DNA of 62,628 bases, filler included, from Sminthopsis crassicaudata (Eukaryota): NCBI RefSeq assembly GCF_048593235.1. It is 4 parts of 4 records of this genome, joined end to end, with 100 filler letters (N's around TTAATTAATTAA, not from the genome) between each part and the next. Parts side by side here need not be neighbours in the genome. Positions count along the whole stretch, not along the records: positions 1 to 23,805 come from NC_133622.1; 3 more parts are not named here. One strand, given 5' to 3'. Below the pieces are notes generated by a model that was not told where the DNA came from, did not search any database, and saw nothing but the letters and a program-made list of their open reading frames with translations. Position numbers and translations under genes: made by a program. Each line of letters opens with the position of its first letter. Position 1 is the first letter of the stretch. Shown here piece by piece: positions 1 through 12,299 of this stretch.

Positions 1-389
1 CTTCTGCCATTTGGGTTGGAATGAGCTCCTTGGAGGCAGAGGTGACTTTGTTGATCGTGTCTTCCCAGCGCTTAGCATACAGTAGGTGTCTAATAAATAC
101 TTCTCAAGTTAAATTGAGGGGGCTTCAGAGAAGGTGTCAGGAGTAAGAGCAGACAGAACTGGCTCCTGAGTCAGATAACCTCCCTTTTCCAGCCGGGCTC
201 TGCTCTTTACTAGCTGGGATAGCCGGACCCTCTGAGATCCATCCAGCTCCACAGCATCCTGTCCCTCAGCCCTCCGGCCCCCTTACCTGACCACTGCCTT
301 TCCTGCCACGCGTCGGCTCTGCTCTTACTCCCATCTCCCCCTGCTCCAACCCTGCTCCTGAATGAAGCCGGAGACAACCATGGACCGGC

Positions 390-1955
390 CCTGCCCGGTC
401 CACTCCTGTTTCCCGTTACATAATCTCAGCCAAGCCCTCGCCGGGACCGACCGATCCACTTACACCTGCCTGAGCAGCTCCCGCTCCCACCCTGCCAGCA
501 GCCCTTGCAAACCTTTCATCTTTCTTCAAACCTCCTTTGCCTCACACTTTGCTGGAAAAAATGGAGGTTGTTCACCAAGAGCTCCCTCTTCTTCCCTCAT
601 CATTCGGCTGGATCAGCTGCCTCTGCCACTCCCTCCTCCCCCCACCCCGTCTCCTATTCCTCCCTTTTGCCAAGGTTTGCCCCCTCCCCAGCATCCATCC
701 CCTCTCACTAGTCTGCAAACTCTTTGCCTACTGGCTTCCTTCCTGCTTTTCATCCTCCAAAAACCCTCGCCGATCCCTCCACTCCTTCCCTTTCCCGGTG
801 GGAGAACTTCCTGAGAAGGTCGCCCTGAGCGGGCGCTTCTGCTCTCCCTCTTCTCTGCCTCGTGGTCCTGCTCTTCCCAAAGCCACCGACTACATCCTAA
901 TCGCCAAAAGCAGCGGCCTTGGTCAGTCGCCACCGCTCCTCTTGAGCTCTCAGCAGCCAGGCCACTGTCCATTCCCCCTTTTCATTGCTATGTCCTATCC
1001 GGTTCTCCTCCCATCAGCCTTTGCAGAACCTCCATCTCCATCTTGCTCACACTGTAGACTCTTTCCTGATCCCCTTCTCCCGCTTTGCTGTTTCACTCAT
1101 CAATCTCGTCAGCGCCCATGGATCCAATGATCATCTCTAAGCTGATAACTCCCAGGTCTGCGCAGGAGCCCTGACCTCTTTCCTGACCTCCAGCCTGCAT
1201 CCCTAACTACTTCTGGAATGGCAAAAACTGTGGTCCCAGTCCCTATGTTCTCCCCTCCCCCTCTTCCTCGTACTGTGGAGGGCACTGCCACCTCCCCAGT
1301 CACCCAGGCTCCAAGGGGAGGAGTCACCTTGACCTTTGCTCTCTCCCGTCCTTCATGTGCAACGCCATGCCAGATCCTGTTAACTTTGCCTTTGCATCTC
1401 ACTTTCCCCCCTGCCCCATCTCTCCACTGCCCACTGCCTCCATCCTGATCAGGCCCTCACCAGCCCCTGCTCAGGTTATCGCAGGACTTCTCATCAGCTT
1501 CCCTGCCCCCACTCCAAGCCCTTCTCCTTGCATTGTCACACCTGTCTGACCATGGCAGCCCTTCCTGAAGCAACCCCAGTGGCTCCCCGTCCCCTCCAAG
1601 ATTAAATGGAAAAGCTCGGTTTGGCGTTTGAAGCCCTCCGTAAAGTAGCCTCCCCTTTTCCAGTCTTCGCCCACCTGACTCCATCTGAGAGCCAGGAACC
1701 CTGTTCTCTTTGCTGTGCCCAGCACAAACATTCCACCTCCTACCTGCATGCTGCCCCCAAGCCTGGAATAACCTTCCCCACACCCCAAGAAGCCCTCCGA
1801 GACTGTCTACATCCTGTCCCACACCTACTTCCCCATTTGTATGTTGCGTGTCTGTTATCTCCATTAGATCAGGGCTCCCAGGAGTAGGGACCGTCTTTTG
1901 CCTTCCTGTGTATCCCCAGTGCCTCGCCCAGTGCCCGGCTCATGGAGGCGTTCCC
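390..1955 (+). mobile_element. Old L2 LINE remnant (ORF2/RT region to 3' end) in the last NRXN2 intron
   Basis: Decayed L2 RT motifs (ctcttcccaaagccaccgactacatcctaatcgccaaaagc ~868-910; catggatccaatgatcatctctaagctgataactccc ~1117-1153) and an L2-type tail (ccattagatcagggctcccaggagtagggaccg...cccagtgcccggc ~1860-1940). Recognised from memory of the consensus. Confidence 0.75.
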
Positions 1956-2049
1956 TAGTTCCACTTGCCTTGCCTAGCCTTGCTCCCAGGTGGCTGGAGC
2001 TGAGACCTTTGGGGTCAAATCCTGCCCCAGTCACCAAGTGCCCTGAGGT

Positions 2050-2400
2050 TTGCATTGCACCATGGGAGGTAAGCACAATTTTTATTCTCATTTTACAGAT
2101 GAGAAAACTAAAGTCAAAAGGGGATAAAATTACTTGCCCAGGAGTATCTGAGGTGTGGTTTGAACTCTCCCTGAAGCCAGATCTTATGCATGAGCTGCTT
2201 TGTGGCTTGGATCTCCTTGGGCAAGCCAATTAACCTTTCTCAGCTTTAGTTTCTTCATCTGTAAAATGGGTAATAACCTATCTCCCATGATTGGTGTGAG
2301 GACAATGGTGAAAAATACTTTCAAAGTTTAAAGTGCTATAAGATGCAAATTATCCTCATCATTGTCACTTGAGACCCGACCAACATGAGGAGAGCTGACC
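2050..2400. mobile_element. MIR/CORE-SINE fragments in both orientations
   Basis: cattttacagatgagaaaact at ~2090 and agtttcttcatctgtaaaatggg at ~2248 are the CORE-SINE hallmark motif. Confidence 0.75.
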
Positions 2401-2456
2401 TAGCGGGGGGCTCCCTGCTTCCAGATCTGCCTTGCCATTGGTGGCATTAAATAAGC

Positions 2457-2883
2457 CCCTTCCTTTCTCTGTGACTCTATTTCCTTCTCTGTAAGACCAA
2501 AGGGGTGGCTCTAAGTCTCTCCTGACTCTATTATTTCAAGCCCTTCAACCTTGGTGTACAATTAGGATCAGAATCACTAAAAGTTCCCCAAGGTCCTGTC
2601 TCGAGTGGCTCTGCCATTAGTCTCCCCCACTGCACTTATGCCCATCTAGCACACCACCTTTCCTTCAGAAAAGCCTCTTCCTTTCTCTGTGACTCAATTT
2701 CCCTCTCTGTAAAACCAAAGAGTTGGCCCTAAGGTCTCTCTTGACTATTACTTGGAGCCCTTTAGCCTTGGTATAAAGCCATGATCGGAATCACTGAAAG
2801 TTCCCCAAGGTCCTGTCTCGAATGGTTCTGCCATTAGTCCGCCCCCAATGCAGTTATGCCCTTCTAGAGCACCACCTTTCCCT
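2457..2883. repeat. Diverged local tandem duplication, two copies of about 215-220 bp
   Basis: ttcctttctctgtgactc...aaagttccccaaggtcctgtctcga...tgccattagtc...caccacctttcc occurs at ~2460-2665 and again at ~2677-2883. Confidence 0.9.
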
Positions 2884-2893
2884 CTGCCTTTCC

Positions 2894-2895
<2 letters not shown>

Positions 2896-2930
<35 letters not shown>
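2896..2930. repeat. (GT)n microsatellite
   Basis: Perfect GT run read directly. Confidence 0.98.
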
Positions 2931-2931
<1 letters not shown>

Positions 2932-5900
2932 ACTTGTGCTTGTAGCCTCACATATATCTGGGGAAACGGGAGAGCAGCTAATGAAGCATCAGCTACACTT
3001 CCTAGTGAAAAATTCCCTGTGGCTCTGCAGATGACCAAGTGATTTTGGAGAGCTGGAAGGGGAATTACTGGCTTATTACAGATCCAATTAAGGAGCCCGT
3101 GGGTTCCCTCTGGACTCTGCAGCACCACTGCATAAGAAGAAACCTGTCTCAGTGGTCCTACGTGTCTGCCTGGGAGCTCCCATTAGCCCAGAGGTGACGG
3201 CCATTCCCAAGCCCATTCCAAGCAGGGACTGTTCCCCAGTTTAGAGGGGCCCAGCCCTGTGGGCTGTCTATAGCTCAGAGCCCTCAGCATTCACTAGCCC
3301 AGTCTTCTCAGAAAAGAGGCAGAGAGATCCATTCAGCCTTGACTTCAGCAGAACTAGCAATGAGGGCTGTCCGGAAGGGAATGGGGGGCCGGGAGACGTT
3401 GCAGGAGGGCTCCCTTCCCCTTCTGCCTTTTAGAAACAGACAGATCCCTTTTGGGGGAGTTATTCTCAGGATCCATCTCAGGGATGGCTGCTTGAGGTCC
3501 CTTCCAACTCTCAAATTCTGATTCTACTGAAACTAAGAACTAGAGACGTGAGCAGCTCCAAGTCTCACAGATGTCAGAGTCGGGATTAGAACGCAGGTCC
3601 TCTGACTTCAGGTCCACCAGTCCCCTCTCAGAGAGGCAGCAGGCTAAATGACTGAGAGGATGGTCAGGAGGGTGAGTGTCCCTTAGGGAAAGGTCTGATC
3701 CCGGTGTACCTCCATGCTCCTGAACATTCAGGGAATCGAGTCCCCATCCCTTCAGCCGAGGTGATACCTCCTCCAACAAGCCATCTTGGATTACTTTCCC
3801 GTCCAGGTGAAAGCGAGCTCTGCCTGCTCATTCCTTCTAGCCCCTGTGAGGATTTTCCCAGAGGCTCTGAAGGGCTTTCTGTTTAGGTACAGAATAGATG
3901 AAGGACTGGATGTACCCCAAGATGCCATCTGCTTTGGGATTCTGGGAGATGTTCAGCAACAGAGTCAGGTTCCTAACAGATCTGGAAGGAACCTTAACAT
4001 TCATTTTAACTCCTCATTCTATCATAAGTCAGAAAAAGCAAAGTAAATATTAAAATCTGACGTAAACGGAAGATGAGGAACGTGAATCCCAGACACGGGA
4101 ACTGATTTCTCTAAAGCCACACAAGTAATAGCAAAACTGGGATTCCAATTTGGGTTCTTTGCCTCCAAATCTGTACTCTTTCCCTTAGAAGAAAATAGAT
4201 ATAAAAAGGCCTTCAGGCAGTTCTATAATGAAAGATCTGAGCGATGGATATGGTCTTTGAAAATGCTCTGTGCCATTGCCACAGCTTCTCAGGAAGCAAA
4301 AAGCCAACTTGTCACTTACAGGGCAGCCTCTAGCCGGACCCTGGGAGTGAAGGAGATGAAGCCGTTTGAAATGTAGATGATGTTCTTTTTCTCCCCAATC
4401 TAATTCAGCAAGTATTTATGAAGTTCCTATTAAATGCAAAGCACTACTTTGCCGGAGCCAGAAGGGCTGACTAGGAGACCAGAGACCAAACCACCATCTA
4501 GCATCGAAGAGGAAACTAGGGAAGGATCGGGCTTGTGATTGCTTCTTCGTATTCCTCTATGGAAGGCAAACAAGAGGAATAAGGATGGAGGGATGGAGAC
4601 AGAACAGTCTCAAGACCTCTCAAGAAGGGTTTCCCCAGACCAAGATGGAGCCGTGGTTGGGTACTGCTCCTGTGGACACAAACCCTCCAGAGCAGATTCT
4701 CAGAATCACAGGATCGTGAAAATTGGAAGAGAACCAGCTGTGACCTGGTCAAATCCATCCATGAAAGGAACCCCTACCATAGCATACAGGTGTATGTTTT
4801 GACAAGAATCTGTGTCGATTTAAGGTCAGCTATCGAAAGGGTAAAGCTGCTCATTGGGAGTAAGAAACGGGAAGATTTCCATGGAGTCCCAAGAGGACAA
4901 CATATCCGCTTGGCTTTGTTTCTAGGTAAGGCTAAAATAAAGTGACTTTTGACAAGTGACTTAATGCCCCTGTGGTGATGCTGTCCAGAGACTGGGAAAT
5001 GAGATCCTGACCTGGGGGATGCTTCTCCTCCCATTCCATGGAGACTCAAAAAATCCTTGTAAAGCAGGAAGGCCATTCCTCCCCCAAGAAAGATATTGCT
5101 GAGACCGACTGAGAAAACAAAGGCTCGGAATGGGTATCATTTTTAGCAGGAGGCCTTTCCGAGTTCCCACAGTTCCTAGTTCCTTCTTATCTCCTCCACA
5201 AACAGAACTATTTGTGTACATGTTGTCTGCCCCATTAGAATGAAAGCTTCTCAAAGACAGGGGCTCTTTTCACTTTCTCTTTGTATCCCAGTGTATGCAC
5301 TAGCCCCGAGTCAATAAGTGCTTAACAAATGCTTGTTGACTAGTTGACTTGGGCCCTCTCACTGCTCTTTGACTCACTGCTCCCCATCCCCGTCCCTGTG
5401 CATGTGGTAGAAGCCCTGATGAGGGGAGGGGGGCTGCAGACCTCAATCTGCCCTTAACTCAGTGGGGGGGCTTGAGCATCGCCCGCCCCACTCCGGACTA
5501 AAGTCTTCTCAGATGCAATGGAGGCATTGGACTATGTGAGCGCTAAAGGCCCTTCAAGCTCGCATTCTGGGCCTCCTCACTGCCTTTATGCTACTGCCCA
5601 GACAACCAGAAAAAGCAACAGGAAGTGACTGCACACAGGTGGGACCTTTACCTCCCAAAGGAGGATCTGCCTGGCAACCACTGACATGGTCAACTTCAGC
5701 ACCGGAGAGGAGGAAAGCTCCCATAATGGGGACACACACAGTAATGAGTGCTCAGCTCACACAGGTCACATTTGTGCACAGACCTGGGGGGGCGGTTTCT
5801 GCTCTTGTGTGAGTCCCACTGGTCCCAGGAAGGGATGGAAGCGGTGCGGGAGCCCTGGGGTGCCTTGTGTGCCCACTATATACTCAGCTAATCAACAGAA

Positions 5901-8900
5901 AATTTCTCATGCCCTCGGACTAACAGGCTGGCACAGATGCCCCCTGGGAATGTGGCTCGGTAGCTGCCTGAGACAATGCTCAGCTCCATGTACACGCAGC
6001 CTGTGTATTTTTGCTCTGTGTGTGTGTGCACGTGTACACAAAGATCCAGAATCTAGACACATGGATCTGGATCTTGGCTATCTGACCTGGAATAAGTCAC
6101 CTCTCCACCCCCATTGGCCCTTCCCTATGCCCTTATCACATCACTGAGTGGATCCTGAACTACAACTACTCTGCTGAGAGGGGCCCTTGGCAGCTGTTTG
6201 GAGCTGGGAAGGCCTGGGCCGGCGCCCCCAGACTCAAAACTGGACTTGAGTCTCAGTCACTGAGGGTGTGCCAGACAGGAAGAGGAAGAGGCAGCCTTGG
6301 TGCACTGTAGAATCCCTCCGAGTCCCTCTAGGGTGAGCCTCCCTCCCTCCAGGGCTTTCTCCACAATGGGGGAGGGGTTAAGTCTGTCATAGAATAAGAG
6401 AGCATCTCATCTCATCCAACCCACTGCTGAATGGAGACCTTTTCTACTGTCCCACTGGCCGCCTCCTAATCCCCCCCTTCTAAAAGCCCTGTGGAGACTG
6501 AGCGTGAGGGGTTACTGAGCTTCAAGAGCTGGGAAGGTGTCACTGGCCCCTCACTGGAGGCCTCCTCCCTGGGAAGTCAATATCTATGTGCCCGACTGCT
6601 CCGGGAAGAGGCCGCTGTAGGCTGGGAAATCACAGCTCCTTTAGAGACCATGAAGGCTCCCTTTCCTTTGTTCAACTTTCCCTCCCATCTTCCCTCTTCA
6701 AGCCAAGGAACAGGCCTTGGCCAGATGCTTGGAGAAGATGCATTTTAAAGGCAAAGAGAAGAGAGAGATGCCCCATTCCCACCTGAACAAGAGATGGCTC
6801 TGAGAGAGGAGCCATAGAAACGCCCCTGAAAGCCGGACCACGTTCAGATAATCATCGGACCTCACTTAAACCCAGCTCACCGGCAAGTGAAGACCTCCCC
6901 CTCCAACGACCATTCCTTCATGACTTCCTTTACCATGAAGAACCAACAGGAAGAGCCTGGGCTCCGAGGTGACCCCTAACCCCACGGGTCTCTGCCCCTT
7001 CTCTGTTTCATTGGCTGCTCTCTCTAAATGCTCCAACTCGCCTAAAGTCTGTGCCGTTCATCCTCCAGCTCTGTTCTCTCTGAGGAGCTCACACACTCTC
7101 ATTCATGGCTTTGAACATCAATTATCATTGATATGGTGCTGAAATACAGAGAAGCCCTTAGGCTTATCAGGGCGAGTGTGAGTGTTTGTCTCAAAATGAA
7201 ATGGCCCCAGATTGCTGTTCTATCCTCCAGTTAATTCATTTCTTCTCCTTGTCTGCCTGCCAGTGCAACCTTCTCCCCGGCGTTAGCCCGCGTCAGGCTC
7301 TCCTCACTGGCGTCTGATTTACGGCTTCTCATTTAGTGTGGAAAGTGGATCTTCAGGCTTGTTAGAATTGGGTACAAAATCGGGATAAACACGTTCTCCT
7401 ATAATGGCCATCTGACAAAACAAAGCCTGTGGTTTTTCAGACCATTCCGGCAGTTTAAAAGGCCTTTTCTGCTGTGAAGGATTGAAATCGCTGGAAACCC
7501 AGCCCTAGCAAATGGGGCAGGAGGCGCGAGCTGGATTTCGAGCTAGAAAACCAAGATTTGCCACTTCTGAGATGTCCGAGTCTGGGCAGCGGCTCTTTGT
7601 GAATAAGAACTCAACCAATATTCGTTGGATTCTTCATTCTGAACTCCCTTTCAGCTTGTGAGCTCCGTGTGGAAAGAGACCTTCCTGCCTAAACTTTGTG
7701 TCCCCACCAACCCGGCTCTGCATACAGTTGGTATTTAATAAAGGCCTGCTGAGCTCGAATACTTGAAGTTGCTGAAACTCTCAGAGCCCGCTTTAACCCT
7801 TTCTTGCTCTTCTCCCTGGACTCTAACTGGTCACCGAACCCTGTCCTGCGTTACTCCAATTCGATTCACATTTATTGGGCACGGGCTCTGAGCCAGGGAC
7901 TGCGCCTGCGCTCCACATCGGACCCCCGTGTCGTTCCCGCGGCACAGGGAACCACTTGAAAGCTGCGCCAGCAGAACATCGGTTCTGGCAGGTCCCGCCC
8001 CAAACAGAGGAAGGCTCAGCACCGGACTACGAAACCTCGCCAGGCCCCTCTTGAGAAGGCGGACCCCCTGGTAAATATTCCGGGGATCCCGTGAGACCAG
8101 GGAGACGACGCCCTAGCCCTCAGAGAGCTTACACTCACGGGAGCAGAAGGCTCCGGCGGGCTTCCCGAGAAACGTCTCCGCGGCTCTGGCTCCCTTCCCG
8201 CGCCCGCTGCTACCTCCTGGCTCAGGGCGTCATTTCTCAGCCCCGGTGACAGCCACCGCTTCCTTACCGATGTTCTTGCCTGCAGTCTCGCTCCTTTACC
8301 CCAAATAATCCGTCCTGAACCCCCCAGTGCTACTTTTAGCTGAAGCTCCTCTGCTCCCCGCGACCTCCGGGATCAGAGGCTACGCCAGGCTGGCATCCCA
8401 GGCGCTTCAGCCCGGTCTCCGCACACCACGCGGGCACGATCTGCATCTCTGCCCAGGCCCTCTCCTTCTCTGGGGGATCTGTGCAAACACTAATCCTTCA
8501 AATGCCAGCCTGGCACCTGGCGCAGAGGAAGTGCTCAGGAAAAGCTTGTGAGCTGACTGCTTTGGGGGCGCAGCCCGCCTGCTCCGGGACAGCCTGCATG
8601 CTCGCTCCCCCCAGGAGACTGCATGAGACCCTGCTTATTAAGCACTTCCCGAGCTTCAAAGCACCCTCCATCTGGTGGTGATTTGTGCCATTTCTACCGC
8701 CCCCCCATCCTGTGAAGTTTATGCCCGTCCTGCGATCTAAGGCAGAATGTCTTCCCCAAAGGTCCCTCTCGCATCTGCACACAGTAGGTGCTTAATAAAC
8801 GGTCGCTGCCCTTGTATCAGTTCTGCACTGGCCCTCGGCGGGTTTACAAGCAGCGAACGGAAAGCCCCCAGGGCAGGGCCGCCATTTCTGCCAGCCCGCG

Positions 8901-9493
8901 GTACAGCGCACACCACAAAGCCTGGCTCTCGCGGGTTCCCCCTAACCCGGGCTGGTCCCTGACACTGGGACAAGGCGGGAGGACAGCGGAGGGGGAAGCC
9001 CTCGCCTGGCCACCCACCCCCTGCGGCCGCGGGCCGCCTTCTCCCGGCACTGACAGAACCCTCCCGCCGCCCCAAGGCCTCAGACAACGGCTGGCTCTGC
9101 CCCTGCGCCCCCAACCTGACTCTCCACCCCCCAGGCTCCTGGGAGGCGGGCGGAGCTTCGGTCCCAGCCCCACCCCCCCCTCACACGGGATCTCATGGGA
9201 GTTGTAGTTCTGCATCTCTGGAGATTTCTCCTATCCCCTCCCCCAACTACCTGAGCTTTGACCCCAGACACGGACAGGAAATCCTACAGCCTCCATCGGC
9301 CGCTAGCGCCCCCTTTCGGGGATGTTGGGGGGGCCGTCCGAGGAGGGGCTGGCTTCGGGCGGGGTCACGGAGGCTAAGGCCTAACAGTCGTCCCTGTGGG
9401 GGTCCCGGCCTGGGGGTGGTACAGGGATGGTCGCCCCTCCTCCCCACGAGTCAGACGGCAGGGGTCCCCGGGGGAGGGGGGAGAGACACTCAC

Positions 9494-9572
9494 CAGTACT
9501 AGGCTCGCACTCCTCCAGGTCCTCGTCATCGCTTGGACACTCGGCCGATGCGACCAGGAGGTCATCCGTGTT
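9494..9572 (-). CDS. NRXN2: NRXN2 cysteine-loop/stalk exon, 79 nt, [26 protein letters not shown](G)
   Basis: Peptide matches neurexin-2 as I recall it. Pyrimidine tract plus CAG acceptor at 9575-9573 (phase 0) and G|GTGAGT donor at 9493 (phase 1). Confidence 0.97.
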
Positions 9573-9945
9573 CTGAGGGAACAGAAGGGGGAGACGAGGG
9601 CCGGGCACGTTAGAGCTCCCGAGCACCGAGCGGGACTGGGGGGCGGCCCTGCGCGGCCGGCATGTCCACCTTCCCTGGGCCCCTCCCCACTTGGGCAGCC
9701 TCGGAGCGTGGGAGAGGCCCCGGAGAAGCCAGGGACAAGGAGCCAGGAGAGAGGGACCCCCAGGGCGACCTCGGACCGCGGTGGGCAGGGCAACACTGGC
9801 GAGGAAAGCGGGGAGGGGGTGGGCGGGCCGGCCCCTGAGGGCCCCCCTCGCCCATCCTGGGCTCCTTCCCCTCCCCCCCTTTCCCGGCTCCCCTCCCCCT
9901 TCCAAGCTGGAGAGAACCGGGCCGCACACGCTAATTAGGGCTGTG

Positions 9946-9959
9946 GTTGCCATGACAAC
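9946..9959. promoter_or_regulatory. RFX X-box-like near-palindrome GTTGCCATGACAAC
   Basis: 13/14 match to GTTRCCATGGYAAC, next to the CTAATTAG homeodomain-type palindrome at 9931-9938, in CpG-rich sequence. Confidence 0.5.
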
Positions 9960-10270
9960 CAGAGCCGACTCTGTCAGCATTTTCTCTCCTTCATGTCTGT
10001 TCCCAGAGTAATGGGAGCCCCGGAGCATGTGTGTGAGAGGGAGGGGGGCGGCAGCTTGAGGGAGCCCGGGACCCGAATACCAAGCACCCCCGACCCGGAG
10101 GAGGCGGGGAACACCTGGAGGGAGGAGGCCCGCAGGTGGGGAGGATTGTCAGGGAGAGCGGCCCGCCCTAAGCCGTGACCTCGAAGTGCCCTTGCCCTGC
10201 CGGCTCCCCAGGCCACGCCCACCGGGCCCTCCCCACCCAGCCCCCCTCCCCCTCCCTCCCACCCGCTCAC

Positions 10271-10324
10271 CTGGGCCTCCTTACCTTCGCAGAAAGCAGG
10301 GATCACCGGGAAGCCTTCCCCCAT
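10271..10324 (-). other. Candidate alternative internal first coding exon of NRXN2 (MGEGFPVIPAFCEGKEAQ)
   Basis: ATG at 10324, 18 codons, then consensus donor CAG|GTGAGC in phase 0, matching the phase-0 acceptor at 9572. No transcript evidence is available here. Confidence 0.3.
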
Positions 10325-12299
10325 TCACCTGCCCCTCCCCCCAGGGGGTCCGCCCATCCCCCTCTCCCTCACGGGTGGGCCCAATACGGCCCCTTTCCCT
10401 CTTCCCAGGACTACTTATTGGGGGGGGGGGGGGAGCGGCTTTTCCCTTCCTCTTTCAGGTGGCTTCGGACCTGCTGCCCCTCCCCCACTGCTCCAACCGA
10501 AGTGGGACCATCTGTCCACTGTAGCTACCTTTGCTTCCCGGAGGAGAATGGCCGCAGGCCAGGCCTCCAGTCAGCCACCACCGAGGCTGGCCCTGGACAC
10601 AGGCCGGCTCCATCTGTCCTTCCCCCCCATTCACACTCTCTGGGGGGCCGAAGGAGGGGAGCAACAAGAGGGGACCGCCAAGCCCGAGTGCAGAGGGAAG
10701 GCCTCTGCCCGGACCCCGAGGGTCCAGAGCCCCGGTCCTCCCGGCTTCAGCCCCTCAGCATGGTGCAGCTGGAGCAGACGTCCTCAGCTGCGGCCTTCCG
10801 GCCCGGGCTCCCCCCAGTCCCCCACTCTGAAGCTCAGGTCCTTTCCCGTTCTGCACCCTTTGCCCCAACGTTCCTTCCGGCAGGCTCCAACCAGAGAGCC
10901 GATTGTTAAATTTCTAGCATGAGCATTTACAGAAATCACAACCCTACCAGGCAGGGCTTACTTGTCCCGGCCGTTAAAGAGATACTAGCGCAGATCTAAC
11001 TTTTAAAAGCTGGTCCTGATCGTTAAGCCATTTACCCGCAGACCCTTCTCCCAGCCCCGGGGACACGGTTCATGTCTCAGGTCCCTTCCAGCTGAGAGGT
11101 CCCCCAGTCTTTGTTCTGCTGCCACAGTCTCTCCTCAAGGGCGAGAACTCCGCCCATCCCTGAAGACCTTCACCTGTCACATCCTCCACAAGTGGTCACC
11201 CAGCGAGCCTTAAGACCCGAGGTGCTGGACGGTCCTACTGTCTAAGGCAGCCCCGGTCTCCAGGGGCATCCGCCGCGGCTGTGGAGTCATCTCTCCCCCT
11301 GCCTTAAAGGTGCCTTTGTGACCGTCTCTTTCCCTGCTGCTCCCAGGGGCACACAGTCCAAGTCTAATCCCTTTTAAATACCAGAAGAGAAGCTTCCTAC
11401 TGCACCCCTATCCCCACCTCTTGCTCCTTCAACACATCCCTACTGGGCGGGAACTCAAGGCTTTTCCTTCCCCACCATGGTTGTCATTCTCTGGAAACCC
11501 CCAAATCCTTTCCCAGATGTTCCCAGACCCGATCATGATCCTGCCCTCCCAGGAGGCCTGAATGGACAGAGGACCAAAGGACCACCCATTACCCCCTTAG
11601 TCACGGACTCTCTCGATGCCTTCTTGGTGACCACATCCAACCCTTGACTGATCAAAACTACAATGGCAAGAATCTGAGTTGGACGGGATCTCATCCAGAC
11701 CAACCTGCAACGGGGGACAAGGCTCTTCACTAAAAACCCAAGATCTTTTATTGAAAAAGCCTCCAGTCCATGGAGCCTCTTCCATTTTGACCTCATGAGA
11801 CTGACTCTCTGAATCCAAGTGTAAGACCTGACATTTATAACTCTTCAAGTTTGTCAGGTTCTATTGGGTCTGAGTTCTGAGCTCTGAATCCTGCCTCCCG
11901 ACCGGTTACCCCTCCCAGATCTGCGCTGTCTCAAAACTCAACAAGCCAGCCTTCATCTGAATCATTGCTCAAAACTGTGAACAGAAGAACATGAGAAAGT
12001 GAAGTGCCCATCTCTGCGGCATTCCACCAGAAACCTCCTTCCAAGCCGACGTCCCGCCCCGCAGGTCCGGCCACTCGGGCAGCTCCACATCCCCTAGCTC
12101 TTCTACAACCGCAGCCTAAGGCACAGATGCAAATGCTTTGCGGAATTCCAGACAGACTCTACCTACAGCCCGGCCTGGACGTGCCCGGTTTACCCTATCT
12201 AAAACGCCGGCTCTTCATGACTACAGCTGCCCTTTCTGGGTGATCACTAATAGTCCCTTTAATAAGACAGCCTAGAATTTTGCCAGGAAACCAAGGCAA

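Noticed and set aside
4055-4080. TGACGTAA plus CGGAAG as a CRE/ETS composite
   Set aside because: It sits at the edge of a decayed MIR (gatgaggaa...) with no other promoter features.
1-9493. Terminal NRXN2 exon (GELILPII.../ANPTGPGERG...TM...KEYYV)
   Set aside because: Not found in any frame I read. It presumably lies left of the window.
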